From assembly GCA_964016885.1 (NCBI GenBank), contig OZ024757.1, positions 310,001-374,000 of the forward strand: DNA of 64,000 nt, given 5' to 3'. The stretch's first letter is position 1, and each line of letters opens with the position of its first letter. Below, one piece after another: positions 40,101 through 55,100 of this stretch. The notes below the pieces were generated by a model, which saw only the letters and a program-made list of their open reading frames with translations, ran no database searches and was not told the DNA's origin. The DNA comes from Eledone cirrhosa. Lineage: Eukaryota. The position numbers and the translations under genes are program-made.

Positions 40101-43100
40101 ACTAGGGTGAGAGAGTGACATTGGTGTGAAGACATTAGCTACTTGGGTGAGATAGTGACATTAGGGTGAAGACAGTAGCTACTAGGGTGATATAGTGACA
40201 TTGGGGTGAAGACAGTAGCTACAAGGGTGAGATCGTGACATTGGGGTGAAGACAGTAGCTACTAGGGTGAGATATTGACATTGGGGTGAAGACAGTAGCT
40301 ACTAGGGTGAGATAGTGACATTGGGGTGGAGACAGTAGCTACTAGGGTGAGATAGTGACTTTGGGGTGAAGACAGTAGCTACAAGGGTGAGATCGTGACA
40401 TTGGGGTGAAGACAGTAGCTACTAGGGTGAGATATTGACATTGGTGTGAAGACAGTAGCTACTAGGGTGAGATATTGACATTGGGTGAAGACAGTAGCTA
40501 CTAGGGTGAGATAGTGACATTGGGGTGAAGACAGTAGCTACTAGGGTGAGGTAGTGACATTGGGTGAAGACAGTAGCTACTAGGGTGAGATAGTGACATT
40601 GGGGTGAAGACAGTAGCTACTTGGGTGAGATAGTGACATTGGGTGAAGACAAAAGCTACTAGGGTGAGAGAGTGACATTGGTCTGAAGACATTAGCTACT
40701 TGGGTGAGATAGTGACATTAGGGTGAAGACAGTAGCTACTAGGGTGAGATAGTGACATTGGGGTGAAGACAGTAGCTACAAGGGTGAGATCGTGACATTG
40801 GGGTGAAGACAGTAGCTACTAGGGTGAGATATTGACATTGGGGTGAATACAGTAGCTACTAGGGTGAGATAGTGACATTGGGGTGAAGACAGTAGCTACA
40901 AGGGTGAGATCGTGACATTGGGGTGAAGACAGTAGATACTAGGGTAAGATAGTGACATTGGGGTGAAGACAGTAGCTACTAGGGTGAGATAGGGACATTG
41001 GGTGACAACAGTAGCTACTAGGGTGAGATAGTGACATTAGGGTGAATACAATAGCTACTAGGGTGAGATAGTGACAATGGGGTGAAGACAGAAGCTACTA
41101 GGGTGAGATAGTGACATTGGGGTTAAGACAATAGCTACAAGGGTTAGATAGTGACATTGGGTGAAGACAATAGCTATTAGGGTGAGAGAGTGACATTGGT
41201 GTGAAGACATTAGCTACTTGGGTGAGATAGTGACATTAGGGTGAAGACAGTAGCTACTAGGGTGAGATAGTGACATTGGGGTGAAGACAGTAGCTACAAG
41301 GGTGAGATCGTGACATTGGGGTGAAGACAGTAGCTACTAGGGTGAGATATTGACATTGGGGTGAAGACAGTAGCTACTAGGATGAGATATTGACATTGGG
41401 TGAAGACAGTAGCTACTAGGGTGAGATAGTGACATTGGGGTGAATACAGTAGCTACTAGGGTGCGATAGTGACATTGGGTGAAGACAGTAGCTACTAGGG
41501 TGAGATAGTGACATTGGGGTGAAGACAGTAGCTACTAGGGTGAGATAGTGACATTGGGGTGGAGACAATAGTTACTAGGGTGAGATAGTGACATTAGGGT
41601 ACAGACAGTTGCTACTATGGTGAGATAGTGACATTGGGGTGAAGACAATAGCAACTAGGGTGAGATAGTGACATTGGGTGAAGACAATAGCTACTAGGGT
41701 GAGCTAGTGACATTGGGGTGAAGAAAATAGCTACTAGGGGTGAGATAGTGACATTGGGGTGAAGACAGTAGATACTAGGGTAAGATAGTGACATTGGGGT
41801 GAAGACAGTAGCTACTAGGGTGAGATAGGGACATTGGGGTGACAACAGTAGCTACTAGGGTGAGATAGTGACATTAGGGTGAATACAATAGCTACTAGGG
41901 TGAGATAGTGACAATGGGGTGAAGACAGAAGCTACTAGGGTGAGATAGTGACATTGGGGTTAAGACAATAGCTACAAGGGTTAGATAGTGACATTGGGTG
42001 AAGACAATAGCTACTAGGGTGAGAGAGTGACATTGGTGTGAAGACATTAGCTACTTGGGTGAGATAGTGACATTAGGGTGAAGACAGTAGCTACTAGGGT
42101 GAGATAGTGACATTGGGGTGAAGACAGTAGCTACAAGGGTGAGATCGTGACATTGGGGTGAAGACAGTAGCTACTAGGGTGAGATATTGACATTGGGGTG
42201 AAGACAGTAGCTACTAGGATGAGATATTGACATTGGGTGAAGACAGTAGCTACTAGGGTGAGATAGTGACATTGGGGTGAATACAGTAGCTACTAGGGTG
42301 CGATAGTGACATTGGGTGAAGACAGTAGCTACTAGGGTGAGATAGTGACATTTGGGTGAAGACAGTAGCTACTAGGGTGAGATAGTGACATTGGGGTGGA
42401 GACAATAGTTACTAGGGTGAGATAGTGACATTAGGGTACAGACAGTTGCTACTATGGTGAGATAGTGACATTGGGGTGAAGACAATAGCAACTAGGGTGA
42501 GATAGTGACATTGGGTGAAGACAATAGCTACTAGGGTGAGCTAGTGACATTGGGGTGAAAAAAATAGCTACTAGGGGTGAGATAGTGACATTGGGGTGAA
42601 GACAATAGCTACTAGGCTGAGATAGTGAAGTTGCGGTGAAGACAGTAGCTACTTGGGTGAGATAGTGATATTGGGGTGAAGACAGTAGCTACAAGGGTGA
42701 TATAGTGAGATTGGGTTGCAGACAGTAGCTACAAGGGTGAGATCGTGACATTGGAGTGAAGACAGTAGCTACTAGGGTGAGATATTGACATTGGGGTGAA
42801 TACAGTAGCTACTAGGGTGAGATAGTGACATTGGGGTGAAGACAGTAGCTACAAGGGTGAGATCGTGACATTGGGGTGAAGACAGTAGATACTAGGGTAC
42901 GATAGTGACATTGTGGTGAAGATAGTAGCTACTAGGGTGAGATAGGGACATTGGGGTGACAACAGTAGCTACTAGGGTGAGATAGTGACATTAGGGTGAA
43001 TACATTAGCTACTAGGGTGAGATAGTGACATTGGGGTGAAGACAGTAGCTACTAGGGTGAGAGCGTGACATTGGGGTGAAGACAATAGCTACAAGGGTTA

Positions 43101-46100
43101 GATAGTGACATTGGGTGAAGAGAATAGCTACTAGGGTGAGAGAATGACATTGATGTGAAGACATTAGCTACTTGGGTGAGATAGTGACATTGGGGTGAAG
43201 ACAGTAGCTACTAGGGTGAGATAGTGACATTGGAGTGAAGACAGTAGCTACAAGGGTGAGATCGTGACTTTGGGGTGGAGACAGTAGCTACTAGGGTGAG
43301 ATAGTGACATTGGGGTGAAGGCAGTAGCTACAAGGGCGAGATAGTGACATTGGGGTGAAGACAGTAGCTACAAGGGTGAGATCGTGACATTGGGGTGACG
43401 ACAGTAGCTACTAGGGTGAGATATTGACATTGGGGTGAAGACAGTAGCTACTAGGATGAGATATTGACATTGGGTGAAGACAGTAGCTACTACGGTGAGA
43501 TAGTGACATTGGGGTGTATACAGTAGCTACTAGGGTGAGATAGTGACATTGGGGTGGAGACAATAGTTACTAGGGTGAGATAGTGACATTAGGGTACAGA
43601 CAGTTGCTACTATGGTGAGATAGTGACATTGGGGTGAAGACAATAGCAACTAGGGTGAGATAGTGACATTGGGTGAAGACAATAGCTACTAGGGTGAGAT
43701 AGTGACATTGGGGTGAAGACAGTAGCTACTAGGGGTGAGATAGTGACATTGGGGTGAAGACAATAGCTACTAGGGTGAGATAGTGACATTGCGGTGAAGA
43801 CAGTAGCTACTTGGGTGAGGTAGTGATATTGGGGTGAAGACAGTAGCTACTAGGGTGAGATAGTGACATTAGGGTGAAGACATTAGCTACTAGAGTGATA
43901 TAGTGAGATTGGGTTGCAGACAGTAGCTACTAGGGTGAGAAAGTGACATTGGGGTGAAGACAATAGCTACTAGGGTGAGATAGTGACATTAGAGTGAAGA
44001 CAGTAGCTACTAGGGTGCGATAGTGACATTGGGGTGAAGACAGTAGCTACTAGGGTGAGATAGTGACATTGGGGTGAAGACAGTAGGTACTAAGGTGAGA
44101 TATTGACATTGGGGTGAAGACAGTAGCTACTAGGGTGAGATAGTGACATTGGGGTGAGGACAGTAGCTACTAGGGTGACATAGTGACATTGGGGTGAAGA
44201 CAGTAGCTACTAGGGTGCGATAGTGACATCGGGGTGAAGACAGTAGCTACTAGGGTGAGATAGTGACATTGGGGTGGAGACAGTAGCTACTAGGGTGAGA
44301 TAGTGACATTGGGGTGAAGAGAGTAGCTACAAGGGTGAGATCGTGACATTGGGGTGAAGACAGTAGCTACTAGGGTGAGATATTGACATTGGGGTGAAGA
44401 CAGTAGCTACTAGGGTGAGATATTGACATTGGGTGAAGACAGTAGCTACTAGGGTGAGATAGTGACATTGGGGTGAAGACAGTAGCTACTAGGGTGCGAT
44501 AGCGACTTTGGGTTAAGACAGTAGCTACTAGGGTGAGATAGTGACATTGGGGTGAAGACAGTAGCTACTAGGGTGAGATAGTGACATTGGGGTGAAGACA
44601 GGAGCTACTAGGGTGAGATAGTGACATTGGGGTGAAGACAGTAGCTACTAGGGTGAAATAGTGACATTGGGGTGGAGATAGTAGCTACTAGGGTGAGATA
44701 GTGACATTGGGGTGAAGACAGTAGCTACTATGGTGGGATAGTGATATTGGGGTGAAGACAAAGCTACTAGGATGGGATAGTGACGTTGGGGTGAAGACAA
44801 TAGCTACTAGGGTGAGATAGTGACATTGGGGTGAAGACAGTAGCTACTAGGGTGGGATAGTGATATGGGGTGAAGACAATAGCTACAAGGGTGAGATAGT
44901 GACATTGGGTGAAGACAATAGCTACTAGGGTGAGAGAGTGACATTGGGGTAAGAGAGTAGCTACTAGGGTGAGATAGTGACATCGGGGTGAAGAGAGTAG
45001 CTACTAGGGTGGGATAGTGATATGGGGTGAAGACAATAGCTACAAGGGTGAGATAGTGACATTGGGTGAAGACAATAGCTACTAGGGTGAGAGAGTGACA
45101 TTGGGGTAAGAGAGTAGCTACTAGGGTGAGATAGTGACATCGGGGTGAAGAGAGTAGCTACTAGGGAGAGATAGTGACATTGGGGTGAAGACAGTAGCTA
45201 CTGGGTGAGATAGTGACATTGGGGTGAAGACAATAGCTATTTCGGTGAGATAGTGACATTAGGGTGAAGACAGTAGCTACTAGGGTGACATAGTGACATT
45301 GGCGTGGAGACAGTAGCTACTAGGGTGAGGTAGTGACATTGGGTGAAGACAGTAGCTACTAGGGTGAGATAGTGACATTGGGGTGAAGACAGTAGCTACT
45401 TGGGTGAGATAGTGACATTGGGTGAAGACAAAAGCTACTAGGGTGAGAGAGTGACATTGGTCTGAAGACATTAGCTACTTGGGTGAGATAGTGACATTAG
45501 GGTGAAGACAGTAGCTACTAGGGTGAGATAGTGACATTGGGGTGAAGACAGTAGCTACAAGGGTGAGATCGTGACATTGGGGTGAAGACAGTAGCTACTA
45601 GGGTGAGATATTGACATTGGGGTGAATACAGTAGCTAGTAGGGTGAGATAGTGACATTGGGGTGAAGACAGTAGCTACAAGGGTGAGATCGTGACATTGG
45701 GGTGAAGACAGTAGATACTAGGGTAAGATAGTGACATTGGGGTGAAGACAGTAGCTACTAGGGTGAGATAGGGACATTGGGTGACAACAGTAGCTACTAG
45801 GGTGAGATAGTGACATTAGGGTGAATACAATAGCTACTAGGGTGAGATAGTGACAATGGGGTGAAGACAGAAGCTACTAGGGTGAGATAGTGACATTGGG
45901 GTTAAGACAATAGCTACAAGGGTTAGATAGTGACATTGGGTGAAGACAATAGCTACTAGCGTGAGCTAGTGACATTGGGGTGAGGACAGTAGATACTAGG
46001 GTGCGATAGTGACATTGGGTGAAGACAGTAGCTACTAGGGTGAGATAGTGACATTGGGGTGAAGACAGTAGCTACTAGGGTGAGATAGTGACATTGGGGT

Positions 46101-49100
46101 GGAGACAATAGTTACTAGGGTGAGATAGTGACATTAGGGTACAGACAGTTGCTACTATGGTGAGATAGTGACATTGGGGTGAAGACAATAGCAACTAGGG
46201 TGAGATAGTGACATTGGGTGAAGACAATAGCTACTAGGGTGAGCTAGTGACATTGGGGTGAAGAAAATAGCTACTAGGGGTGAGATAATGACATTGGGGT
46301 GAAGACAGTAGATACTAGGGTAAGATAGTGACATTGGGGTGAAGACAGTAGCTACTAGGGTGAGATAGGGACATTGGGGTGACAACAGTAGCTACTAGGG
46401 TGAGATAGTGACATTAGGGTGAATACAATAGCTACTAGGGTGAGATAGTGACAATGGGGTGAAGACAGAAGCTACTAGGGTGAGATAGTGACATTGGGGT
46501 TAAGACAATAGCTACAAGGGTTAGATAGTGACATTGGGTGAAGACAATAGCTACTAGGGTGAGAGAGTAACATTGGTGTGAAGACATTAGCTACTTGGGT
46601 GAGATAGTGACATTAGGGTGAAGACAGTAGCTACTAGGGTGAGATAGTGACATTGGGGTGAAGACAGTAGCTACAAGGGTGAGATCGTGACATTGGGGTG
46701 AAGACAGTAGCTACTAGGGTGAGATATTGACATTGGGGTGAAGACAGTAGCTACTAGGATGAGATATTGACATTGGGTGAAGACAGTAGCTACTAGGGTG
46801 AGATAGTGACATTGGGGTGAATACAGTAGCTACTAGGGTGCGATAGTGACATTGGGTGAAGACAGTAGCTACTAGGGTGAGATAGTGACATTTGGGTGAA
46901 GACAGTAGCTACTAGGGTGAGATAGTGACATTGGGGTGGAGACAATAGTTACTAGGGTGAGATAGTGACATTAGGGTACAGACAGTTGCTACTATGGTGA
47001 GATAGTGACACTGGGGTGAAGACAATAGCAACTAGGGTGAGATAGTGACATTGGGTGAAGACAATAGCTACTAGGGTGAGCTAGTGACATTGGGGTGAAA
47101 AAAATAGCTAATAGGGGTGAGATAGTGACATTGGGGTGAAGACAATAGCTACTAGGCTGAGATAGTGAAGTTGCGGTGAAGACAGTAGCTACTTGGGTGA
47201 GATAGTGATATTGGGGTGAAGACAGTAGATACTAGGGTGAGATAGTGACATTAGGGTGAAGACATTAGCTACTAGAGTGATATTGTGAAATTGGGTTGCA
47301 GACAGTAGCTACTAGGGTGAGAAAGTGACATTGGGGTGAAGACAATAGCTACTAAGGTGAGATAGTGACATTAGAGTGAAGACAGTAGCTACTAGGGTGA
47401 GATCGTGACATTGGGGTGAAGACAGTAGCTACTAGGGTGATATAGTGAGATTGGGTTGCAGACAGTAGCTACAAGGGTGAGATCGTGACATTGGGGTGAA
47501 GACAGTAGCTACTAGGGTGAGATATTGACATTGGGGTGAATACAGTAGCTACTAGGGTGAGATAGTGACATTGGGGTGAAGACAGTAGCTACAAGAGTGA
47601 GATCGTGACATTGGGGTGAAGACAGTAGATACTAGGGTACGATAGTGACATTGTGGTGAAGATAGTAGCTACTAGGGTGAGATAGGGACATTGGGGTGAA
47701 GACAGTAGCTACTAGGGTGAGAGAGTGACATTGGGGTGAAGACAATAGCTACAAGGGTTAGATAGTGACATTGGGTGAAGAGAATAGCTACTAGGGTGAG
47801 AGAATGACATTGATGTGAAGACATTAGCTACTTGGGTGAGATAGTGACATTGGGGTGAAGACAGTAGCTACTAGGGTGAGATAGTGACATTGGAGTGAAG
47901 ACAGTAGCTACAAGGGTGAGATCGTGACTTTGGGGTGGAGACAGTAGCTACTAGGGTGAGATAGTGACATTGGGGTGAAGGCAGTAGCTACAAGGGCGAG
48001 ATAGTGACATTGGGGTGAAGACAGTAGCTACAAGGGTGAGATCGTGACATTGGGGTGACGACTGTAGCTACTAGGGTGAGATATTGACATTGGGGTGAAG
48101 ACAGTAGCTACTAGGATGAGATATTGACATTGGGTGAAGACAGTAGCTACTAGGGTGAGATAGTGACATTGGGGTGGAGACAATAGTTACTAGGGTGAGA
48201 TAGTGACATTGGGGTGAGGACAGTAGCTACTAGGGTGACATAGTGACATTGGGGTGAAGACAGTAGCTACTAGGGGTGAGATAGTGACATTGGGGTGAAG
48301 ACAATAGCTACTAGGGTGAGATAGTGACATTGCGGTGAAGACAGTAGCTACTTGCGTGAGGTAGTGATATTGGGGTGAAGACAGTAGCTACTAGGGTGAG
48401 ATAGTGACATTAGGGTGAAGACATTAGCTACTAGAGTGATATAGTGAGATTGGGTTGCAGACAGTAGCTACTAGGGTGAGAAAGTGACATTGGGGTGAAG
48501 ACAATAGCTACTAGGGTGAGATAGTGACATTAGAGTGAAGACAGTAGCTACTAGGGTGCGATAGTGACATTGGGGTGAAGACAGTAGCTACTAGGGTGAG
48601 ATAGTGACATTGGGGTGAAGACAGTAGGTACTAAGGTGAGATATTGACATTGGGGTGAAGACAGTAGCTACTAGGGTGAGATAGTGACATTGGGGTGAGG
48701 ACAGTAGCTACTAGGGTGACATAGTGACATTGGGGTGAAGACAGTAGCTACTAGGGTGCGATAGTGACATCGGGGTGAAGACAGTAGCTACTAGGGTGAG
48801 ATAGTGACATTGGGGTGGAGACAGTAGCTACTAGGGTGAGATAGTGACATTGGGGTGAAGAGAGTAGCTACAAGGGTGAGATCGTGACATTGGGGTGAAG
48901 ACAGTAGCTACTAGGGTGAGATATTGACATTGGGGTGAAGACAGTAGCTACTAGGGTGAGATATTGACATTGGGTGAAGACAGTAGCTACTAGGGTGAGA
49001 TAGTGACATTGGGGTGAAGACAGTAGCTACTAGGGTGCGATAGCGACATTGGGTTAAGACAGTAGCTACTAGGGTGAGATAGTGACATTGGGGTGAAGAC

Positions 49101-52100
49101 AGTAGCTACTAGGGTGAGATAGTGACATTGGGGTGAAGACAGGAGCTACTAGGGTGAGATAGTGACATTGGGGTGAAGACAGTAGCTACTAGGGTGAAAT
49201 AGTGACATTGGGGTGGAGATAGTAGCTACTAGGGTGAGATAGTGACATTGGGGTGAAGACAGTAGCTACTATGGTGGGATAGTGATATTGGGGTGAAGAC
49301 AAAGCTACTAGGATGGGATAGTGACGTTGGGGTGAAGACAATAGCTACTAGGGTGAGATAGTGACATTGGGGTGAAGACAGTAGCTACTAGGGTGGGATA
49401 GTGATATGGGGTGAAGACAATAGCTACAAGGGTGAGATAGTGACATTGGGTGAAGACAATAGCTACTAGGGTGAGAGAGTGACATTGGGGTAAGAGAGTA
49501 GCTACTAGGGTGAGATAGTGACATCGGGGTGAAGAGAGTAGCTACTAGGGAGAGATGGTGACATTGGGGTGAAGACAGTAGCTACTGGGTGAGATAGTGA
49601 CATTGGGGTGAAGACAATAGCTATTTCGGTGAGATAGTGACATTAGGGTGAAGACAGTAGCTACTAGGGTGACATAGTGACATTGGGGTGGAGACAGTAG
49701 CTACTAGGGTGAGATAGTGACATAAGAGTGAAGACAGTACCTACTAGGGTGTGATAGTGACATTGGGGTGAAGACAGTAGCTACTAGGGTGAGATAGTGA
49801 CATTGGGGTGAAGACAGTAGCTACAAGGGTGAGATCGTGACATTGGGGTGAAGACAATAGCTACTAGGGTGAGATAGTGTTATTGGGGTGAAGACAGTAG
49901 CTACTAGGGTGAGATATTGACATCGGGGTGAAGACAGTAGCTACTAGGGTGAGATAGTTACATTGGGTGAAGACAGTAGCTACTAGGGTGAGAGAGTGAC
50001 ATTGGTGTGAAGACATTAGCTACTTGGGTGAGATAGTGACATTAGGGTGAAGACAGAAGCTACTAGGGTGAGATAGTGACATTGGGGTGAAGACAGTAGC
50101 TACAAGGGTGAGATCGTGATATTGGGGTGAAGACAGTCGCTACTAGGGTGAGATATTGACATTGGGGTGAATACAGTAGCTACTAGGGTGAGATAGTGAC
50201 ATTGGGGTGAAGACAGTAGCTACAAGGGTGAGATCGTGACATTGGGGTGAAGACAGTAGATACTAGGGTAAGATAGTGACATAGGGGTGAAGACAGTAGC
50301 TACTAGGGTGGGATAGGGACATTGGGGTGACAACAGTAGCTACTAGGGTGTGATAGTGACTTTAGGGTGAATACAATAGCTACTAGGGTGAGATAGTGAC
50401 ATTGGGGTGAAGACAGTAGATACTAGGGTGAGATAGTGACATTGGGGTGAAGACAATAGCTACAAGGGTTAGATAGTGACATTGGGTGAAGACAATAGCT
50501 ACTAGGGTGAGAGAGTGACATTGGTGTGAAGACATTAGCTACTTGGGTGAGATAGTGACATTAGGGTGAAGACAGTAGCTACTAGGGTGAGATAGTGACA
50601 TTGGGGTGAAGACAGTAGCTACAAGGGTGAGATCGTGACATTGGGGTGAAGACAGTAGCTACTAGGGTGAGATATTGACATTGGGGTGAAGACAGTAGCT
50701 ACTAGGGTGAGATAGTGACATTGGGGTGTAGACAGTAGCTACTAGGGTGAGATAGTGACATTGGGGTGAAGAGAGTAGCTACAAGGGTGAGATCGTGACA
50801 TTGGGGTGAAGACAGTAGCTACTAGGGTGAGATACTGACATTGGGGTGAAGACAGTATCTACTAGGATGAGATATTGACATTGGGTGAAGAGAGTAGCTA
50901 CTAGGATGAGATAGTGACATTGGGGTGAAGACAGTAGCTAATAGGGTGCGATAGTGACATTGGGTGAAGACAGTAGCTACTAGGGTGAGATAGTGACATT
51001 GGGGTGAAGACAGTAGCTACTAGGGTGAGATAGTGACATTGGGGTGAAGACAGGAGCTACTAGGGTGAGATAGTGACATTGGGGTGAAGACAGTAGCTAC
51101 TAGGATGAGATAGTGACAATGGGGTGAAGACAGAAGCTACTAGGGTGAGATAGTGACATTGGGGTTAAGACAATAGCTACAAGGGTTAGATAGTGACATT
51201 GGGTGAAGACAATAGCTACTAGGGTGAGAGAGTGACATTGGTGTGAAGACATTAGCTACTTGGGTGAGATAGTGACATTAGGGTGAAGAGAGTAGCTACT
51301 AGGGTGAGATAGTGACGTTGGGGTTAAGACAGTAGCTACAAGGGTGAGATCGTGACATTGGGGTGAAGACAGTAGCTACTAGGGTGAGATATTGACATTG
51401 TGGTGAAGACAGTAGCTACTAGGTTGAGATAGTGACATTGGGGTGGAGACAGTAGCTACTAGGGTGAGATAGTGACATTGGGGTGAAGACAGTAGCTACA
51501 AGGGTGAGATAGTGACATTGGGGTGAAGACAGTAGCTACTAGGGTGAGATATTGACATTGGGGTGAAGACAGTATCTACTAGGATGAGATATTGACATTG
51601 GGTGAAGAGAGTAGCTACTAGGGTGAGATAGTGACATTGGGGTGAAGACAGTAGCTACTAGGGTGAGATATTGACATTGGGGTGAAGACAGTATCTACTA
51701 GGATGAGATATTGACATTGGGTGAAGAGAGTAGCTACTAGGGTGAGATAGTGACATTGGGGTGAATACAGTAGCTACTAGGGTGCGATAGTGATATTGGG
51801 GTGAAGACAGTCGCTACTAGGGTGAGATATTGACATTGGGGTGAATACAGTAGCTACTAGGGTGAGATAGTGACATTGGGGTGAAGACAGTAGCTACAAG
51901 GGTGAGATCGTGACATTGGGGTGAAGACAGTAGATACTAGGGTAAGATAGTGACATAGGGGTGAAGACAGTAGCTACTAGGGTGGGATAGGGACATTGGG
52001 GTGACAACAGTAGCTACTAGGGTGTGATAGTGACTTTAGGGTGAATACAATAGCTACTAGGGTGAGATAGTGACATTGGGGTGAAGACAGTAGATACTAG

Positions 52101-55100
52101 GGTGAGATAGTGACATTGGGGTGAAGACAATAGCTACAAGGGTTAGATAGTGACATTGGGTGAAGACAATAGCTACTAGGGTGAGAGAGTGACATTGGTG
52201 TGAAGACATTAGCTACTTGGGTGAGATAGTGACATTAGGGTGAAGACAGTAGCTACTAGGGTGAGATAGTGACATTGGGGTGAAGACAGTAGCTACAAGG
52301 GTGAGATCGTGACATTGGGGTGAAGACAGTAGCTACTAGGGTGAGATATTGACATTGGGGTGAAGACAGTAGCTACTAGGGTGAGATAGTGACATTGGGG
52401 TGTAGACAGTAGCTACTAGGGTGAGATAGTGACATTGGGGTGAAGAGAGTAGCTACAAGGGTGAGATCGTGACTTTGGGGTGAAGACAGTAGCTACTAGG
52501 GTGAGATATTGACATTGGGGTGAAGACAGTATCTACTAGGATGAGATATTGACATTGGGTGAAGAGAGTAGCTACTAGGATGAGATAGTGACATTGGGGT
52601 GAAGACAGTAGCTAATAGGGTGCGATAGTGACATTGGGTGAAGACAGTAGCTACTAGGGTGAGATAGTGACATTGGGGTGAAGACAGTAGCTACTAGGGT
52701 GAGATAGTGACATTGGGGTGAAGACAGGAGCTACTAGGGTGAGATAGTGACATTGGGGTGAAGACAGTAGCTACTAGGATGAGATAGTGACAATGGGGTG
52801 AAGACAGAAGCTACTAGGGTGAGATAGTGACATTGGGGTTAAGACAATAGCTACAAGGGTTAGATAGTGACATTGGGTGAAGACAATAGCTACTAGGGTG
52901 AGAGAGTGACATTGGTGTGAAGACATTAGCTACTTGGGTGAGATAGTGACATTAGGGTGAAGAGAGTAGCTACTAGGGTGAGATAGTGACGTTGGGGTTA
53001 AGACAGTAGCTACAAGGGTGAGATCGTGACATTGGGGTGAAGACAGTAGCTACTAGGGTGAGATATTGACATTGTGGTGAAGACAGTAGCTACTAGGTTG
53101 AGATAGTGACATTGGGGTGGAGACAGTAGCTACTAGGGTGAGATAGTGACATTGGGGTGAAGACAGTAGCTACAAGGGTGAGATAGTGACATTGGGGTGA
53201 AGACAGTAGCTACTAGGGTGAGATATTGACATTGGGGTGAAGACAGTATCTACTAGGATGAGATATTGACATTGGGTGAAGAGAGTAGCTACTAGGGTGA
53301 GATAGTGACATTGGGGTGAAGACAGTAGCTACTAGGGTGAGATATTGACATTGGGGTGAAGACAGTATCTACTAGGATGAGATATTGACATTGGGTGAAG
53401 AGAGTAGCTACTAGGGTGAGATAGTGACATTGGGGTGAATACAGTAGCTACTAGGGTGCGATAGTGACATTGGGTGAAGACAGTAGCTATTAGGTGAGAT
53501 AGTGACATTGGGGTGAAGACAGTAGCTACTAGGGTGAGATAGTGACATTGGGGTGGAGACAATAGTTACTAGGGTGAGATAGTGACATTAGGGTACAGAC
53601 AGTTGCTACTATGGTGAGATAGTGACATTGGGGTGAAGACAATAGCAACTAGGGTGAGATAGTGACATTGGGTGAAGACAATAGCTACTAGGGTGAGCTA
53701 GTGACATTGGGGTGAAGAAAATAGCAACTAGGGGTGAGATAGTGACATTGGGGTGAAGACAATAGCTACTAGGCTGAGATAGTGAAGTTGCGGTGAAGAC
53801 AGTAGCTACTTGGGTGAGATAGTGATATTGGGGTGAAGACAGTAGCTACTAGGGTGAGATAGTGACATTAGGGTGAAGACATTAGCTACTAGGGTGATAT
53901 TGTGAAATTGGGTTGCAGACAGTAGCTACTAGGGTGAGAAAGTGACATTGGGGTGAAGACAATAGCTACTAGGGTGATATAGTGAGATTGGGTTGCAGAC
54001 AGTAGCTACAAGGGTGAGATCGTGACATTGGGGTGAAGACAGTAGCTACTAGGGTGAGATATTGACATTGGGGTGAATACAGTAGCTACTAGGGTGAGAT
54101 AGTGACATTGGGGTGAAGACAGTAGCTACAAGGGTGAGATCGTGACATTGGGGTGAAGACAGTAGATACTAGGGTAAGATAGTGACATTGTGGTGAAGAT
54201 AGTAGCTACTAGGGTGAGATAGTGACATTAGGGTGAAGACATTAGCTACTAGAGTGATATTGTGAAATTGGGTTGCAGACAGTAGCTACTAGGGTGAGAA
54301 AGTGACATTGGGGTGAAGACATTAGCTACTAGGGTGATATAGTGAGATTGGGTTGCAGACAGTAGCTACAAGGGTGAAATCGTGACATTGGGGTGAAGAC
54401 AGTAGCTACTAGGGTGAGATATTGACATTGGGGTGAATACAGTAGCTACTAGGGTGAGATAGTGACATTGGGGTGAAGACAGTAGCTACAAGGGTGAGAT
54501 CGTGACATTGGGGTGAAGACAGTAGATACTAGGGTAAGATAGTGACATTGTGGTGAAGATAGTAGCTACTAGGGTGAGATAGGGACATTGGGGTGACAAC
54601 AGTAGCTACTAGGGTGAGATAGTGACATTAGGGTGAATACATTAGCTACTAGGGTGAGATAGTTACATTGGGGTGAAGACAGTAGCTACTAGGGTGAGAG
54701 AGTGACATTGATGTGAAGACATTCGCTACTTGGGTGAGATAGTGACATTGGGGTGAAGACAGTAGCTACTAGGGTGAGATAGTGACATTGGGGTGAAGAC
54801 AGTAGCTACAAGGGTGAGATCGTGACTTTGGGGTGGAGACAGTAGCTACTAGGGTGAGATAGTGACATTGGGGTGAAGGCAGTAGCTACAAGGGCGAGAT
54901 AGTGACATTGGGGTGAAGACAGTAGCTACAAGGGTGAGATCGTGACATTGGGGTGACGACAGTAGCTACTAGGGTGAGATAGTGACATTGGGGTGAATAC
55001 AGAGCTACTAGGGTGCGATAGTGACATTGGTTGAAGACAGTAGCTACTAGGGTGAGATATTGACATTGGGGTGAAGACAGTAGCTACTAGGGTGAGATAG

